NCBI GenBank assembly: GCA_049570475.1
Contig: CP186953.1
Coordinates: forward strand, 640,001 to 704,000
Direction: 5' to 3'
From: Candidatus Methanosuratincola verstraetei
GTDB lineage: Archaea > Thermoproteota > Methanomethylicia > Methanomethylicales > Methanomethylicaceae
DNA length: 64,000 nt
Shown: one piece after another, positions 19,485-28,250 of the stretch
How the letters are laid out: every line of letters starts with the position of its first letter
How positions within the stretch are numbered: position 1 is the stretch's first letter
Notes under the pieces: generated by a model
Database searches by the model: none
Seen by the model: the letters and a program-made list of their open reading frames with translations, nothing else
What the model was told of the DNA's origin: nothing
Made by a program: the position numbers and the translations under genes

Positions 19485-20465
19485 TTAGTCAAAGCACTTT
19501 GTTATGAGGCGTTGGCTTGGAATAACTTCATTTGCGAACGATGAACCGCCCTCTATTTTCTTCGCCAAATAAATGTTTGATACGCCTTGTTCCAATGTCA
19601 CAGGGAACGCTTTGCTATTTCTTACGGAATCTAAAAATACCTTAAGCTCTTCTTTCAGAGGTTCGACTTTGTTGATTAGCACTTTTTCAATGATGTTTTC
19701 CTGCGTGTATTTTGTAGTATCCTGCTGGTACTTGCCAGGCTTCTTATAAAGGTAGACCTCCTGAGTCATAAAGTCGCCCTCAATAGTAAATTTGTCGCAC
19801 TCGACTACTATGTTTCTGATTTTTTTGCAAGAGATTCGGCTAGCGGAGAGAGATACTATGCAGTCGTCAAACTCTGCGACAACTTTCCTGACGTCCTGGT
19901 TTCCAACGGAATGGAGTTGTTTTTCTTGTTTTTTCTCGAATAAGTAATTCCAAATGATGTCGATATCATGGATCATCAAATCGGACGTTATGTCCGAATC
20001 GGTTATTCTTGATGATGCCGGATTATGGCGCTTTATCTCAATTAATTTTGGCTGATCGATAAGGCTCTTTATTTCAGACACTATGGGATTAAAGCGTTCT
20101 ATGTGCCCTACCCCTACAACAACATGGCTAAGCCTTTCTGCCATTTTCACTAACTCAAGACCTTCTTTTAAGGTCATAGTGACTGGCTTTTCGAGCAGAA
20201 AATTGATGTTGGACTCAAAGACTTTCTTCGCGGTTTCGAAATGATATTTTGTAGGGACGCATATGCTTACTGCATCAACTTTCCTCAATAATGATTTCAG
20301 GCTGTCGCATGGAGTTGCATTAGTTACATTGCAAGCCTTCATCAAGGAATTCTTGTCAACATCGTAAGCATAGACTTCGCCAACTCCTCTCATTTCAGAG
20401 TATATTCTTAGATGGTTTTTGCCCATCACACCTACGCCAATTACGCCAACGTCCATATTTCTCAC
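19485..20465 (-). CDS. Gfo/Idh/MocA oxidoreductase (WbpB-like)
   Basis: GVIGVGVMGKNH, LLEKP, VGHIERFNP and DLMIHDID. Confidence 0.9.
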   Translation of the reverse strand: MRNMDVGVIGVGVMGKNHLRIYSEMRGVGEVYAYDVDKNSLMKACNVTNATPCDSLKSLLRKVDAVSICVPTKYHFETAKKVFESNINFLLEKPVTMTLKEGLELVKMAERLSHVVVGVGHIERFNPIVSEIKSLIDQPKLIEIKRHNPASSRITDSDITSDLMIHDIDIIWNYLFEKKQEKQLHSVGNQDVRKVVAEFDDCIVSLSASRISCKKIRNIVVECDKFTIEGDFMTQEVYLYKKPGKYQQDTTKYTQENIIEKVLINKVEPLKEELKVFLDSVRNSKAFPVTLEQGVSNIYLAKKIEGGSSFANEVIPSQRLITKCFD

Positions 20466-20469
20466 TCCT

Positions 20470-22155
20470 TTAAGTCAACAGAGAAAAAATAGGATTCGCC
20501 GTTTCTGCGACATTAGATTGTGCTAAAAAATTGGAAATTTTCCACCAGCTCACCCGCACCTCGTAAGCCTCCTCCAGGGTCGGGGCGTCGAGCCACGGCC
20601 TCGTTGGCAGGAGTGCCCTGACCCGGGCGCCGTGCGAGGCGACCTCGGAGATCATCCCCAGCGCCCCTGAAGCCCCGTAGAGCGGGCACCCGATGTAGAC
20701 AAAGTCGCCGACCCTGCCCGACCTCGACATTGCTACTACTTCCCTGCCAGCCTCGTCCTCCGGGAGTCCGCTGCCGGCGCCACCTCTCCCCCTTCTTATC
20801 ATCCCGAGCAGCGACGACCTCACCGCGGGCGGGATCAGCGCGAATACCTCCGGGTCCGCGCCCACCACCACCTCGAAGACCTCCGCGAGGGCTGCCCTCA
20901 GAGCCTCCTCCGCACCGCCCTCAACCCTCCTGCACGCCCCCCCGCGGCTCAGGAAGAGCGTGACCCTCTGCCCGGCGCCAGCCAGCCCCAGGAGCGCCGA
21001 GAGCAGGTCCCTCGCCATCTCGTCCGCCGAGATCCTCCCGGGCGCCCTACCGTCGAAGAAGACGACCGCCCCCCTCCCGCCTTGGTCCTCGAAGAACTCC
21101 TTCACCGAGAGGCTCCCCCTCCTCGCGGTGGCCTTCCAGTCTATGAACCGGGGCGAGTCCCATGGCTCGTACTCCCTCGACCACGCGTACTCCGCCCCCC
21201 TGCCGATCCTTCTCTTCCCCGCCGCAGCCACATCTCCCTCCAACGGACCTTCGCCCAGCAGCGACAGAGCCTCGATCATGAGCGGGTAGAACCTCGGGTA
21301 GACCCTCAGCCTCGCGATCCACGGTGCGTTCACGCTTGAGCTTCCGTTTGAACCCTGCTCCCCCTCATCAACCGCCGTCTCGATTTCGTTTCTGCTTGTT
21401 TTTCCGGCTCTGTCTCCGCCCTCGCTTCGCGCCTCGATTGCGCCCACGTCTACGCCCCTCTCGGGCTGCGCCGCCCCCTCAGCCAGCCCGCCGCCACCCT
21501 CTCCAACCTCCCTGGCTGGCACAAGGGCTGCCCTCGCCCCAAAGAATCCCGCCCTCGACCTGGTCACAGCCTCAATCCCGCCCAGGGCGTAGTCGCCGTA
21601 GAGCTCCGGCTTTGCCTGCAGGTCCACCCTGTACCCGCCCCCAACCCTGGAGTGCCCGACCACCTCGAACGGCGGATCGGCTGCGAACGACTCCACCTCG
21701 CCCAATCCCGGGGCCTCGATATCGACCGAGAAATCGACCGCCTCACCTGCTATGGAGGTCAGCGATAATCCTGCTTTGCCCCCCGACCCTACGGTTCCGA
21801 CCCCTGCACGCGCTCCTTTTTCCTTCTCCGCAAGCCTGGAGAGCATGATCGCGAGGTCGGCGGCGGACCCTGCGAGAACGGAAGCCCCAGCCGCAGCCAG
21901 GATCGGGTCCCCCGAGACGCCGGCGAGCGCAGCCAGGAAGGCGCCGGAGCAGGCTGCGGAGGTTCCCCTCCTCGTCGCGAAGGGCTTCTTCCCAGCCAGG
22001 CGTAGGCGGACCATCTTCAGTTGGAGGCTCCTCCCCTCATCTGCCCGCTCAATCCTGCCCCAATCATCCCTTTCTCCCCAGCCAATCTCCGCGCTGACGC
22101 TGGCATCGCCGCCGACAGCACGACCAAAGCCTGGACGGGCGGGTGCGCCGCTCAT
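20470..22155 (-). CDS. DUF58 (MoxR-associated, VWA-like) membrane protein
   Basis: GAEYAWSREYEPWDSPRFIDWKATAR...VKEF. Lies directly after moxR. Confidence 0.85.
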   Translation of the reverse strand: MSGAPARPGFGRAVGGDASVSAEIGWGERDDWGRIERADEGRSLQLKMVRLRLAGKKPFATRRGTSAACSGAFLAALAGVSGDPILAAAGASVLAGSAADLAIMLSRLAEKEKGARAGVGTVGSGGKAGLSLTSIAGEAVDFSVDIEAPGLGEVESFAADPPFEVVGHSRVGGGYRVDLQAKPELYGDYALGGIEAVTRSRAGFFGARAALVPAREVGEGGGGLAEGAAQPERGVDVGAIEARSEGGDRAGKTSRNEIETAVDEGEQGSNGSSSVNAPWIARLRVYPRFYPLMIEALSLLGEGPLEGDVAAAGKRRIGRGAEYAWSREYEPWDSPRFIDWKATARRGSLSVKEFFEDQGGRGAVVFFDGRAPGRISADEMARDLLSALLGLAGAGQRVTLFLSRGGACRRVEGGAEEALRAALAEVFEVVVGADPEVFALIPPAVRSSLLGMIRRGRGGAGSGLPEDEAGREVVAMSRSGRVGDFVYIGCPLYGASGALGMISEVASHGARVRALLPTRPWLDAPTLEEAYEVRVSWWKISNFLAQSNVAETANPIFSLLT

Positions 22156-23132
22156 TCCTTCGGGACGGGCGTCTCGGAGAGAGCCCTCTCAATCAGCGAC
22201 TCCGGCGTTATCCCCTCGGCGAGAGCCTCCATCCTCAGCACCATCCTGTGCCTCAGCACATTGTGGGCGAGCGCCTTCACGTCGTCAGGGATGACGTAAT
22301 CACGCCCCTCGAGTAGGGCGAGAGCCCTGCTGCCCTTGTAGAGCGCGACCGATGCCCTGACCCCGGGCGACCACCTGAGCTCCCTCATCTCCCTGACCGC
22401 GTTCACCAGCGAGACGATGTACCCCTTGACCCTGTCGGAGACGTGGATCCTCCTCACTGCCTCGAGCAGCGACGCGATCTCCTTCGGGTCCGTGATCGGC
22501 TCAGCCAGGGACCGGTCAACCATATCGGTCCTGGAGATTATCTCGACCTCCTCATCAATTGTAGGGGTTCCGACCGCCGTGCTGTAGGCGAACCTGTCGA
22601 CTTGGACATCCGTCAACGGGTAGGTCCCCTCGGACCCGGCCCCCACCTGGGTGGCTATGAAGAAGGAGGGTCTCGGCAGGTCGTAGGACACCCCCTCTAT
22701 CGTCGCTCGCCCCTCCTGCATCGCCTCGAGCAGCGCGGACTGCGTCCTCGGGGTCGCCCTGTTCATCTCGTCCAGGAGTACGACGTTCGCGAATATTGGT
22801 CCCTTCCTGACGCTCCAGCCGCCCGTCGCGATGTTGTAGGTGCTGACTCCGATTATGTCCGACGGGAGGAGGTCAGGGGTCATCTGTATCCTGCGGAACT
22901 CGCCGCCGATCGCGCTCGTGAAGTTCTTCGCGAGGAGCGTCTTTCCAGCTCCGGGAGGGCCCTCGATCAGCAGGTGACCGCCCGAGAGGAGCGCGACGCA
23001 GGAGAGCCATAGCTGCTCGTCCATCCCGACGACGTAAGCCCTGACCTCCTTCACCAGATCCGAGACCGGCGGAACCTTGATCCTGGAAGGGTCTCTCGCG
23101 TTCAGCATGTTGGTTGGTTCCATCTCCATCAC
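22152..23132 (-). CDS. moxR: MoxR-family AAA+ ATPase
   Basis: GHLLIEGPPGAGKT, RIQMTPDLLPSDIIG, LDEMNRATPRTQSALLEAMQE and GRDYVIPDDVK. Confidence 0.95.
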   Translation of the reverse strand: MMEMEPTNMLNARDPSRIKVPPVSDLVKEVRAYVVGMDEQLWLSCVALLSGGHLLIEGPPGAGKTLLAKNFTSAIGGEFRRIQMTPDLLPSDIIGVSTYNIATGGWSVRKGPIFANVVLLDEMNRATPRTQSALLEAMQEGRATIEGVSYDLPRPSFFIATQVGAGSEGTYPLTDVQVDRFAYSTAVGTPTIDEEVEIISRTDMVDRSLAEPITDPKEIASLLEAVRRIHVSDRVKGYIVSLVNAVREMRELRWSPGVRASVALYKGSRALALLEGRDYVIPDDVKALAHNVLRHRMVLRMEALAEGITPESLIERALSETPVPKE

Positions 23133-23165
23133 TCTAAGATCTCCCCTATCCTAACCAAGCAGACC

Positions 23166-24272
23166 TTATTTCGATTGCCCCTCATCCACGCCTGGGCGAC
23201 GTCCAAAGGCTGACTCCGGGGGATTGTTGCCCGACCCCGCAGCCCTGATCGGTGCGCTGGATCCGCATCTCGCCCTCTCCTCCCACGTCCTTTGAAGCAA
23301 GGACAAGTCCCACCCGGGGTGCGCCTCAGCCACCTTGCGGACCTCCTCGCTCTCCCCCGCGAAAGGCCCTGAGCCCCCCGCGGCTCGCCTGTGGAACAGC
23401 CTGATGGGGTCAGCCGCAAAAATGGCCCAAGCACCGGCGACAGCCAGGAGGTACCTCAGCTCCGGGTACTCGCCGACCGCGCCCACAGCCGAGAGCACCC
23501 CGGACCTCAGCGATCCGTAGGGCGAAGCCGCGTTGTTCCCGTAGTCGATTACAATCTCCCGGTTCCCGGCGATCGACCTGACGAACTCCGCGTTCCCGCC
23601 CGAGATCCCGTAGACCGAGTTGATCAGGATGCTCGAGTCCGAGACCACGACGAACCTCCCCTTCCCGTAAGGCACCTCTGCAGCCACGGGGAACGGCCCG
23701 AGCGGCTCTCCCGCGGTGTGGCCCCCGTCCCCGTCCACGTCCAGGTAGCTGAAGGCTGACGACTCGAGAAGCACCCTAGCCCCTTTTTGCGCAGCCCCAG
23801 GCATGATCTCCAGGGCTGATGCGTAGTCCATCGTGACCCGCGCGCCGCCAGCCGCGCCCAGGGCGGAGACGACCGGGTACTGCCTCGCCTTCTCCATGAA
23901 GAGCGGGTCGAGCAGGATCGATCCGTTTATCCTGACCGGGACGCCGAGCCCCTCCAGGAGCGAGTTCCCCTCCCCGAAGTCGTCCATCAGCACGACCACG
24001 CCGCCGGACCCGAGGAAGGACGCGATCTCGGAGACCCTGCCCGCTGAGAACGGCTCGTCCGGGCCTGCGATTATCAGCACGGTCCCCGCCGGATCGGGTT
24101 CGGCCCCCGGATCCCGTGCGGAGATCCCGAGCCCACCAGCGGCGGAGGACATCCCGTTCCAGTACGGGTTCTCCAGCGAGAAGTCGTCGACCGACGGCAC
24201 AGCCCAGATTATCCCCACGGCGGATATCAGCGCCAATGCAGCCCCGATCGCGGCTGCCCTCTTTGCGTTCAT
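23166..24272 (-). CDS. DUF4350-like membrane-anchored extracellular protein
   Basis: N-terminal TM, DDFSLENPYWNGMS, LMDDFGEGNSLL and GKGRFVVVSDSSILIN. Confidence 0.75.
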   Translation of the reverse strand: MNAKRAAAIGAALALISAVGIIWAVPSVDDFSLENPYWNGMSSAAGGLGISARDPGAEPDPAGTVLIIAGPDEPFSAGRVSEIASFLGSGGVVVLMDDFGEGNSLLEGLGVPVRINGSILLDPLFMEKARQYPVVSALGAAGGARVTMDYASALEIMPGAAQKGARVLLESSAFSYLDVDGDGGHTAGEPLGPFPVAAEVPYGKGRFVVVSDSSILINSVYGISGGNAEFVRSIAGNREIVIDYGNNAASPYGSLRSGVLSAVGAVGEYPELRYLLAVAGAWAIFAADPIRLFHRRAAGGSGPFAGESEEVRKVAEAHPGWDLSLLQRTWEERARCGSSAPIRAAGSGNNPPESAFGRRPGVDEGQSK

Positions 24273-26257
24273 GCCCCCCTGTTCCCGGCGCCCCTTCCGC
24301 CGGCACCGCCCTCCGAGGGCTCCTCGCCCCCACCAGCTGAGCCCGCACGGCCCTCGGCGCCCGAGATCCTCCCCCTGAGCGCGGAGAGGGACGAGAGGAC
24401 CCTCTGGAGGAGGGACTCTGCCCTGGCTGCCTCATGCGCCCTCCCGGCGTAGAGCTCCTCCTCGGCCATAATTGTCAGCTCCCCGAACGGTTCCGCGGCA
24501 TCGCCCCCAGCCTTCCCCCTCACCCGCCTGAGGAACTCCCTGAGGGTCTCGCCCCTCCCGATGGGATTCCCGAGGGACCTCCCGATCGCAGCCGCTGCCC
24601 TGTGGTAGGCTGAGACTACAGCGCTCAAAGCGCCCGCCCCTGCTTTGCCGCCCGATCCAGCCCCAACGCCTAGCGCCGCCAATCCCTGGGGCTTGCCTGA
24701 GCCGCCCCTGGCACCGCCGCGCGCCCTCCCCCTGCCGACCGCCGAGTACGCGATCGCGAGCGCAGCGACCGGAACCGCGGCTATTGACGGGTTCACTGCG
24801 TAGAGCCCTGAAGAGGCTGAGGACTGCTGGTAGGCTGCCGCTGCCGGGTAAGCCGTCGCGCTAACCTCGAACCAGCCTGTCGGGACCGCGATCCCAATCG
24901 GCACATCGACCCGGAACGATCCGTCCTCGCCCGACAAGCCCGAGTAAACACCGGCGCCCGGCACCCTGACCAAGACGGCCGCGTTTGAAACAGCCGCCCC
25001 GTCGGAGGCTGAGACCACCCTCCCGGAGACGGTCACGTTTGCCCCGGAGATCGAGGCCGGAGGCAGGGTGAGGGTCAAGGCGGTCGGGATCCTGTACACC
25101 TCCAGGTAGGCCGCGGCGGAGGCGGGGCCGACGACCCCGGACGGGACCACGCTGACGCTGATCGCGTTCCTGCCGCTGGTCGCGCCGGCTGGGACCTGGA
25201 CCGCGAAGGAGAAGGCACCATCCGAAGGATCCGCAGTGAAGATCCCCCCGAATGCCGAGACCCGGACCCTCTCGCCGTGCGATCCCCCGATCCCGGTGCT
25301 CCCGGAGACGAGGATCCAGTCGCCCGGCTTAGCCCTCGTGGCGTTCAGCTTAGCCTCGAGGGCGGGCTTCAGCCAGAGGATCCTGAGGACTGCGTCGGCG
25401 GACCTCGATCCGGCGTACCCGCCCGATGCCGGGAAGTAGGCGTGGACGGCTGCAGGCCCCCCGTACACCGGCGGCGCGGGGAAGGTCACCGAGTAGCTGC
25501 CGTCCTCCCCTGTCACCGCAGAGTACTCCCCGGGGGCCCCCTCCACCGACACCCTCACCGTGGCTCCGGCGACCGGCGATCCGCCCTCAGCCGAGAGGGA
25601 TCCGGAGGCGGTGACGGGGGACCCGACCCAAGCCTCCGCCCTGTCCAGTTCCACAGCGATCACAGTCCTCGCCAGGTCGCCAGCCTCGACCCTTGCTATC
25701 TCGGACCGGACCTCGGATAGCTCCTGCGAGAGGTACGCGATCCGTTCGTCGACCGACGAGACCCCCGTGCGGATCTGGGGCGCCTTCAGCTGCGAAGCCA
25801 GCGCAGCCGATGAGTCCCTGAGCAGGGAGGCGGTGGAGTTCGCCCTCCACAGGCTCGCCGAGGCGTTCCCGGCGAGCGCCCTCGCCTCAGCAACCATGCC
25901 GACGCCGATAGCCCCCCTCGCCTCAGCGACGAGGGCCTCGGTCTGGTTGAGGTCCGAGACCGCCGAGGCGAAGAGCGAGTTGAACCTAGCGAATATGTAC
26001 CTCACATTCTCCGGCACGTACGACGAGTTCAGGTACGAGATGAGGCTGGCTGCGTCCGAGTACCCGCCCGAGAGCACTGCCGAGAAGACCGTCGAGTACC
26101 CCGAGAGGAGGGCTGCAGGGGACGGGAGCTCGGCCTGCGCAGCCTTCGCGTCCGAGTGCCTCATCGCGCGCTCCGCAGCCGGGAGGAGGGACGCCCCGCC
26201 GAGTATCATTGCGACTACCGCCATTGTGCCGATCAGGAGAGCGAGATCGCGCCTCAA
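24269..26257 (-). CDS. Membrane protein with Ig/CarboxypepD-like repeats and C-terminal DUF4129
   Basis: Signal/TM, helical region, beta-rich repeats (TGEDGSY, SGEDGSF), TM, then GETLREFLRRV...FGELTIMAEEELY. Confidence 0.75.
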   Translation of the reverse strand: MRRDLALLIGTMAVVAMILGGASLLPAAERAMRHSDAKAAQAELPSPAALLSGYSTVFSAVLSGGYSDAASLISYLNSSYVPENVRYIFARFNSLFASAVSDLNQTEALVAEARGAIGVGMVAEARALAGNASASLWRANSTASLLRDSSAALASQLKAPQIRTGVSSVDERIAYLSQELSEVRSEIARVEAGDLARTVIAVELDRAEAWVGSPVTASGSLSAEGGSPVAGATVRVSVEGAPGEYSAVTGEDGSYSVTFPAPPVYGGPAAVHAYFPASGGYAGSRSADAVLRILWLKPALEAKLNATRAKPGDWILVSGSTGIGGSHGERVRVSAFGGIFTADPSDGAFSFAVQVPAGATSGRNAISVSVVPSGVVGPASAAAYLEVYRIPTALTLTLPPASISGANVTVSGRVVSASDGAAVSNAAVLVRVPGAGVYSGLSGEDGSFRVDVPIGIAVPTGWFEVSATAYPAAAAYQQSSASSGLYAVNPSIAAVPVAALAIAYSAVGRGRARGGARGGSGKPQGLAALGVGAGSGGKAGAGALSAVVSAYHRAAAAIGRSLGNPIGRGETLREFLRRVRGKAGGDAAEPFGELTIMAEEELYAGRAHEAARAESLLQRVLSSLSALRGRISGAEGRAGSAGGGEEPSEGGAGGRGAGNRGA

Positions 26258-26366
26258 CCTGTTAGCCGATTTGGGCTGGTCCTCAAATTATCGCTGAACT
26301 GGAGGGCAGATCGAGCGGGCAAGCAAGTTGGCAAACAAGCAACCAACCAATCAATCAAGCGAGCAG

Positions 26367-26612
26367 TCACGCCCCGTAGAGGATGCTGATGACCCTCATC
26401 GCGACGATGGCGGCGAATGCCAGGAACAGCGCGGCTGCCGGGAAGTCGAAGAAGCCCCTCGAAGGCCTGAATATCGCCAGGCAGACGAAGTAGACGAGCG
26501 CGAGTACGCTGACGTAGACGTCGAGCCTCGCCTCGCCCAGGGAGGAGAGCGCCCACACCGAGGCTGCGACCAGGGACGCGAGGGTTGCATTGAAGAGAGC
26601 GTTCCTGTCCAT
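26367..26612 (-). CDS. Small 3-TM hypothetical membrane protein
   Basis: Hydrophobic 81 aa protein with RLDVYVS...FRP, within the operon. Confidence 0.7.
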   Translation of the reverse strand: MDRNALFNATLASLVAASVWALSSLGEARLDVYVSVLALVYFVCLAIFRPSRGFFDFPAAALFLAFAAIVAMRVISILYGA

Positions 26613-26700
26613 TTCAACGGATGCCCGTCCCGGGCGCCTTCGCAATGCAGCATGCCCCGCACCCCATTTCAGCCATCGGCAATCCCGCAGCCAACTTCAA

Positions 26701-27477
26701 TCAGAGAAGATCAATCACGACCCTCTTCCTGTCGCTGAGGTCCTCCTCGGAGGCGACCATTGCGACCCTCCTCTTCGCGGCGGCAACGACGACCGCGGCC
26801 GTTCCGGCCTCGAGCGAGCCGAGCGCCCTCCTCACCCTCCCGTAGCCTGCCCCCGACCTGGGGCGCTTGAGATCGACGACGACGGATTGCCCGTCCTCCA
26901 CCACCTTCACGGACTCGACGATGCCGGACTCCTCGACGAGGAGCTCCCCCAGCAGCGACTCGAGGTCCCCCGACATGCCCTCGTTGCTGACCAGGAACGA
27001 CCCGGGCGGGTACAGGACCAGGTAATCCCTCCCGTCCAGCGAAGTCACAAGGCCCTTCGCCTCCCACCTTGAAGGCAGAGCCCCGCTGCCGGATCCTGCG
27101 TCGCCGCCCCCGCCGATCGGCACGAAGACCCTGACCGCCCCTGGGCCGGCTTCCGCGCCGCCATCCCCCGATCCCCCGACTGCACCCCCGGGGACGTAGT
27201 ACCCCCTGCCCGCAGCCCCGGTGTCCTCGAGGACAGCCTCTATGTTCGCCAGGGACCCCTCGAGGAGCTTCCTGACGGCTTTCGATGGGACCGGGGCGGT
27301 CGGCGTGATCGCGATCGAGGCCCCGACCACTGCCACGCCTATCCCGAGCGCGGTCATCGGCGTGCTCTGGAGGAGGTACCAGGAGAAGGCGGCGAGCCCC
27401 GCCCCGAAGGCGGCGAGCCCGGCTGCGTATGGGTTGCCCTTCTCGCTGTCGCTGTATTGGTCAGCCATTTCAGGCAT
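26701..27477 (-). CDS. Hypothetical membrane protein (2 N-terminal TMs plus cytoplasmic domain)
   Basis: Operon position and host-like codon usage. Start uncertain (27525, 27477 or 27468). Confidence 0.7.
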   Translation of the reverse strand: MPEMADQYSDSEKGNPYAAGLAAFGAGLAAFSWYLLQSTPMTALGIGVAVVGASIAITPTAPVPSKAVRKLLEGSLANIEAVLEDTGAAGRGYYVPGGAVGGSGDGGAEAGPGAVRVFVPIGGGGDAGSGSGALPSRWEAKGLVTSLDGRDYLVLYPPGSFLVSNEGMSGDLESLLGELLVEESGIVESVKVVEDGQSVVVDLKRPRSGAGYGRVRRALGSLEAGTAAVVVAAAKRRVAMVASEEDLSDRKRVVIDLL

Positions 27478-28207
27478 TGGATCTCCTGGCGGATGCGCCG
27501 AGCGCGGCGGCTTGGAGCCTGACATAAGAGTGCTTCCTCACGACTGCTCCGGTGGCCAGCCCGACGGTTAGAAGCGAGACCGAAGCCAGGATCGGCTCGA
27601 GCCTTATCCCCCACGGGGTGTAGTTGAGGACCAGCCCGACGAGCGGGACCAGCGCCAGGGAGAGCCCTAGCGATAGGGCAAGGCGCTCGAGCTGGGAGAG
27701 GTCGGACTTCTTCGGGTAGAGGAGCTCGATGAGCGCAGCCCCCGGCAGGTAGAGCACGAAGAGCGCCCCGAGGGCGTACCTGGCGTAGATCAGGGGGGCG
27801 CCCGGCGAAGCGGCGACCACGGCAACGGTTCCAGCGACGAGCGCGAGGAGCGCCCAGTACCAGGCGGAGTAGGCGGGCTCCCTCAGGAACCGCGCCACTG
27901 AGCGCGGCGGGTCCGGGTCCCTGATCGCCACCATCCCGGCTGAGCTGAGCTCGTAGATCCGCCTCGCGACCTCCTCGGGCCTGGCTCCGAAGGCGGACGA
28001 AGCCGCCTGGACCGCATCCTCCAGCCTCATAGCCCTGCCGTTCCTGATCATGTTGAGGACCTTCTCGGCGAGCTCGTCTGGCTCGTAGACGTCCCCGCTG
28101 CCGGATCCATCCTCTTCTTCCTGCGCTTCATCGTCCTCCCCGCGCCCGCCCTTGTCCCCCGATGGGCTGGGCTTCCTGAGCCGGTCCAGCCACCTCCTGC
28201 GCGCCAA
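27470..28207 (-). CDS. DUF1616 membrane (N-terminal-type) module with a wHTH-like N-terminus
   Basis: LGALFVLYLPGAALIELLYP...LERLALSLGLSLALVPLVGLVLNYTPWGIRLEPIL. Start uncertain; TTG 28207 chosen to avoid overlap with the ATPase. Confidence 0.8.
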   Translation of the reverse strand: MARRRWLDRLRKPSPSGDKGGRGEDDEAQEEEDGSGSGDVYEPDELAEKVLNMIRNGRAMRLEDAVQAASSAFGARPEEVARRIYELSSAGMVAIRDPDPPRSVARFLREPAYSAWYWALLALVAGTVAVVAASPGAPLIYARYALGALFVLYLPGAALIELLYPKKSDLSQLERLALSLGLSLALVPLVGLVLNYTPWGIRLEPILASVSLLTVGLATGAVVRKHSYVRLQAAALGASARRSNA

Positions 28208-28250
28208 ATCCGGGAGCCCCACCCCTGAACTCGGCAAATCGACCCTCCCG

